A DNA stretch of 63,941 nucleotides, filler included, from Globobulimina sp. (taxonomy: Eukaryota): the NCBI GenBank assembly GCA_003354225.1. It is 11 parts of 11 records of this genome, joined end to end, with 100 filler letters (N's around TTAATTAATTAA, not from the genome) between each part and the next. Parts side by side here need not be neighbours in the genome. Positions count along the whole stretch, not along the records: positions 58,235 to 63,941 come from PIVH01000462.1; 10 more parts are not named here. The stretch is one strand, 5' to 3'. Within the stretch, counting starts at the first letter, position 1; the number at the start of each line of letters is the position of its first letter. Shown here piece after piece: positions 63,826-63,941 of the stretch. The notes under the pieces were generated by a model, which searched no databases, was not told the origin of the DNA, and saw only the letters and a list, made by a program, of their open reading frames with translations. Position numbers and translations under genes: made by a program.

Positions 63826-63941
63826 ATAGCTAAATACAATCAAAATAAAAGGGGTCGGTGACACTTGATAACTGTTTTATTTTAAATTAAATACTTTATA
63901 AATTTGTTAATTCTTCTCGTTATATTGTCGCGGTGGCGACG

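Overview
This window is not one locus. It is 11 unrelated contigs of 5746 to 5707 bp, sorted by decreasing length and joined by artificial 100-bp spacers (N44-TTAATTAATTAA-N44). The source is an AT-rich, gene-dense eukaryote using the standard code, with short GT-AG introns (mostly about 48-120 nt). The gene repertoire (Kelch, RCC1, SPRY and 7TM-RGS families, a caspase-like protease) suggests a foraminiferan or related rhizarian; this is inference. Several contigs look internally chimeric, with prokaryote-like fragments abutting truncated eukaryotic genes, and one contig has apparent homopolymer indels. Recognisable genes include VAMP7, PLA2G12, SIN1, two Rab8 paralogs, TDP2, HSPA14-like, DNAJB12-like, a ShK-prolyl 4-hydroxylase, an agmatinase and a LINE RNase H region. 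Highlights: (1) a single-pass membrane protein with a Kelch-repeat ectodomain and a cytoplasmic caspase domain (SHG...HACRG), a candidate receptor-caspase; (2) an intron-containing RAG1/Transib-like DDE transposase; (3) a shared N-terminal GYIR/H...P..I motif fused to SPRY, MATH and RCC1 domains, a candidate lineage-specific E3 adaptor family; (4) divergent gene pairs only 45-48 nt apart, including one duplicated bidirectional promoter; (5) an NCLDV-like Erv oxidase and a 9-nt microexon. All family calls come from motif recognition by eye, with no database searches.
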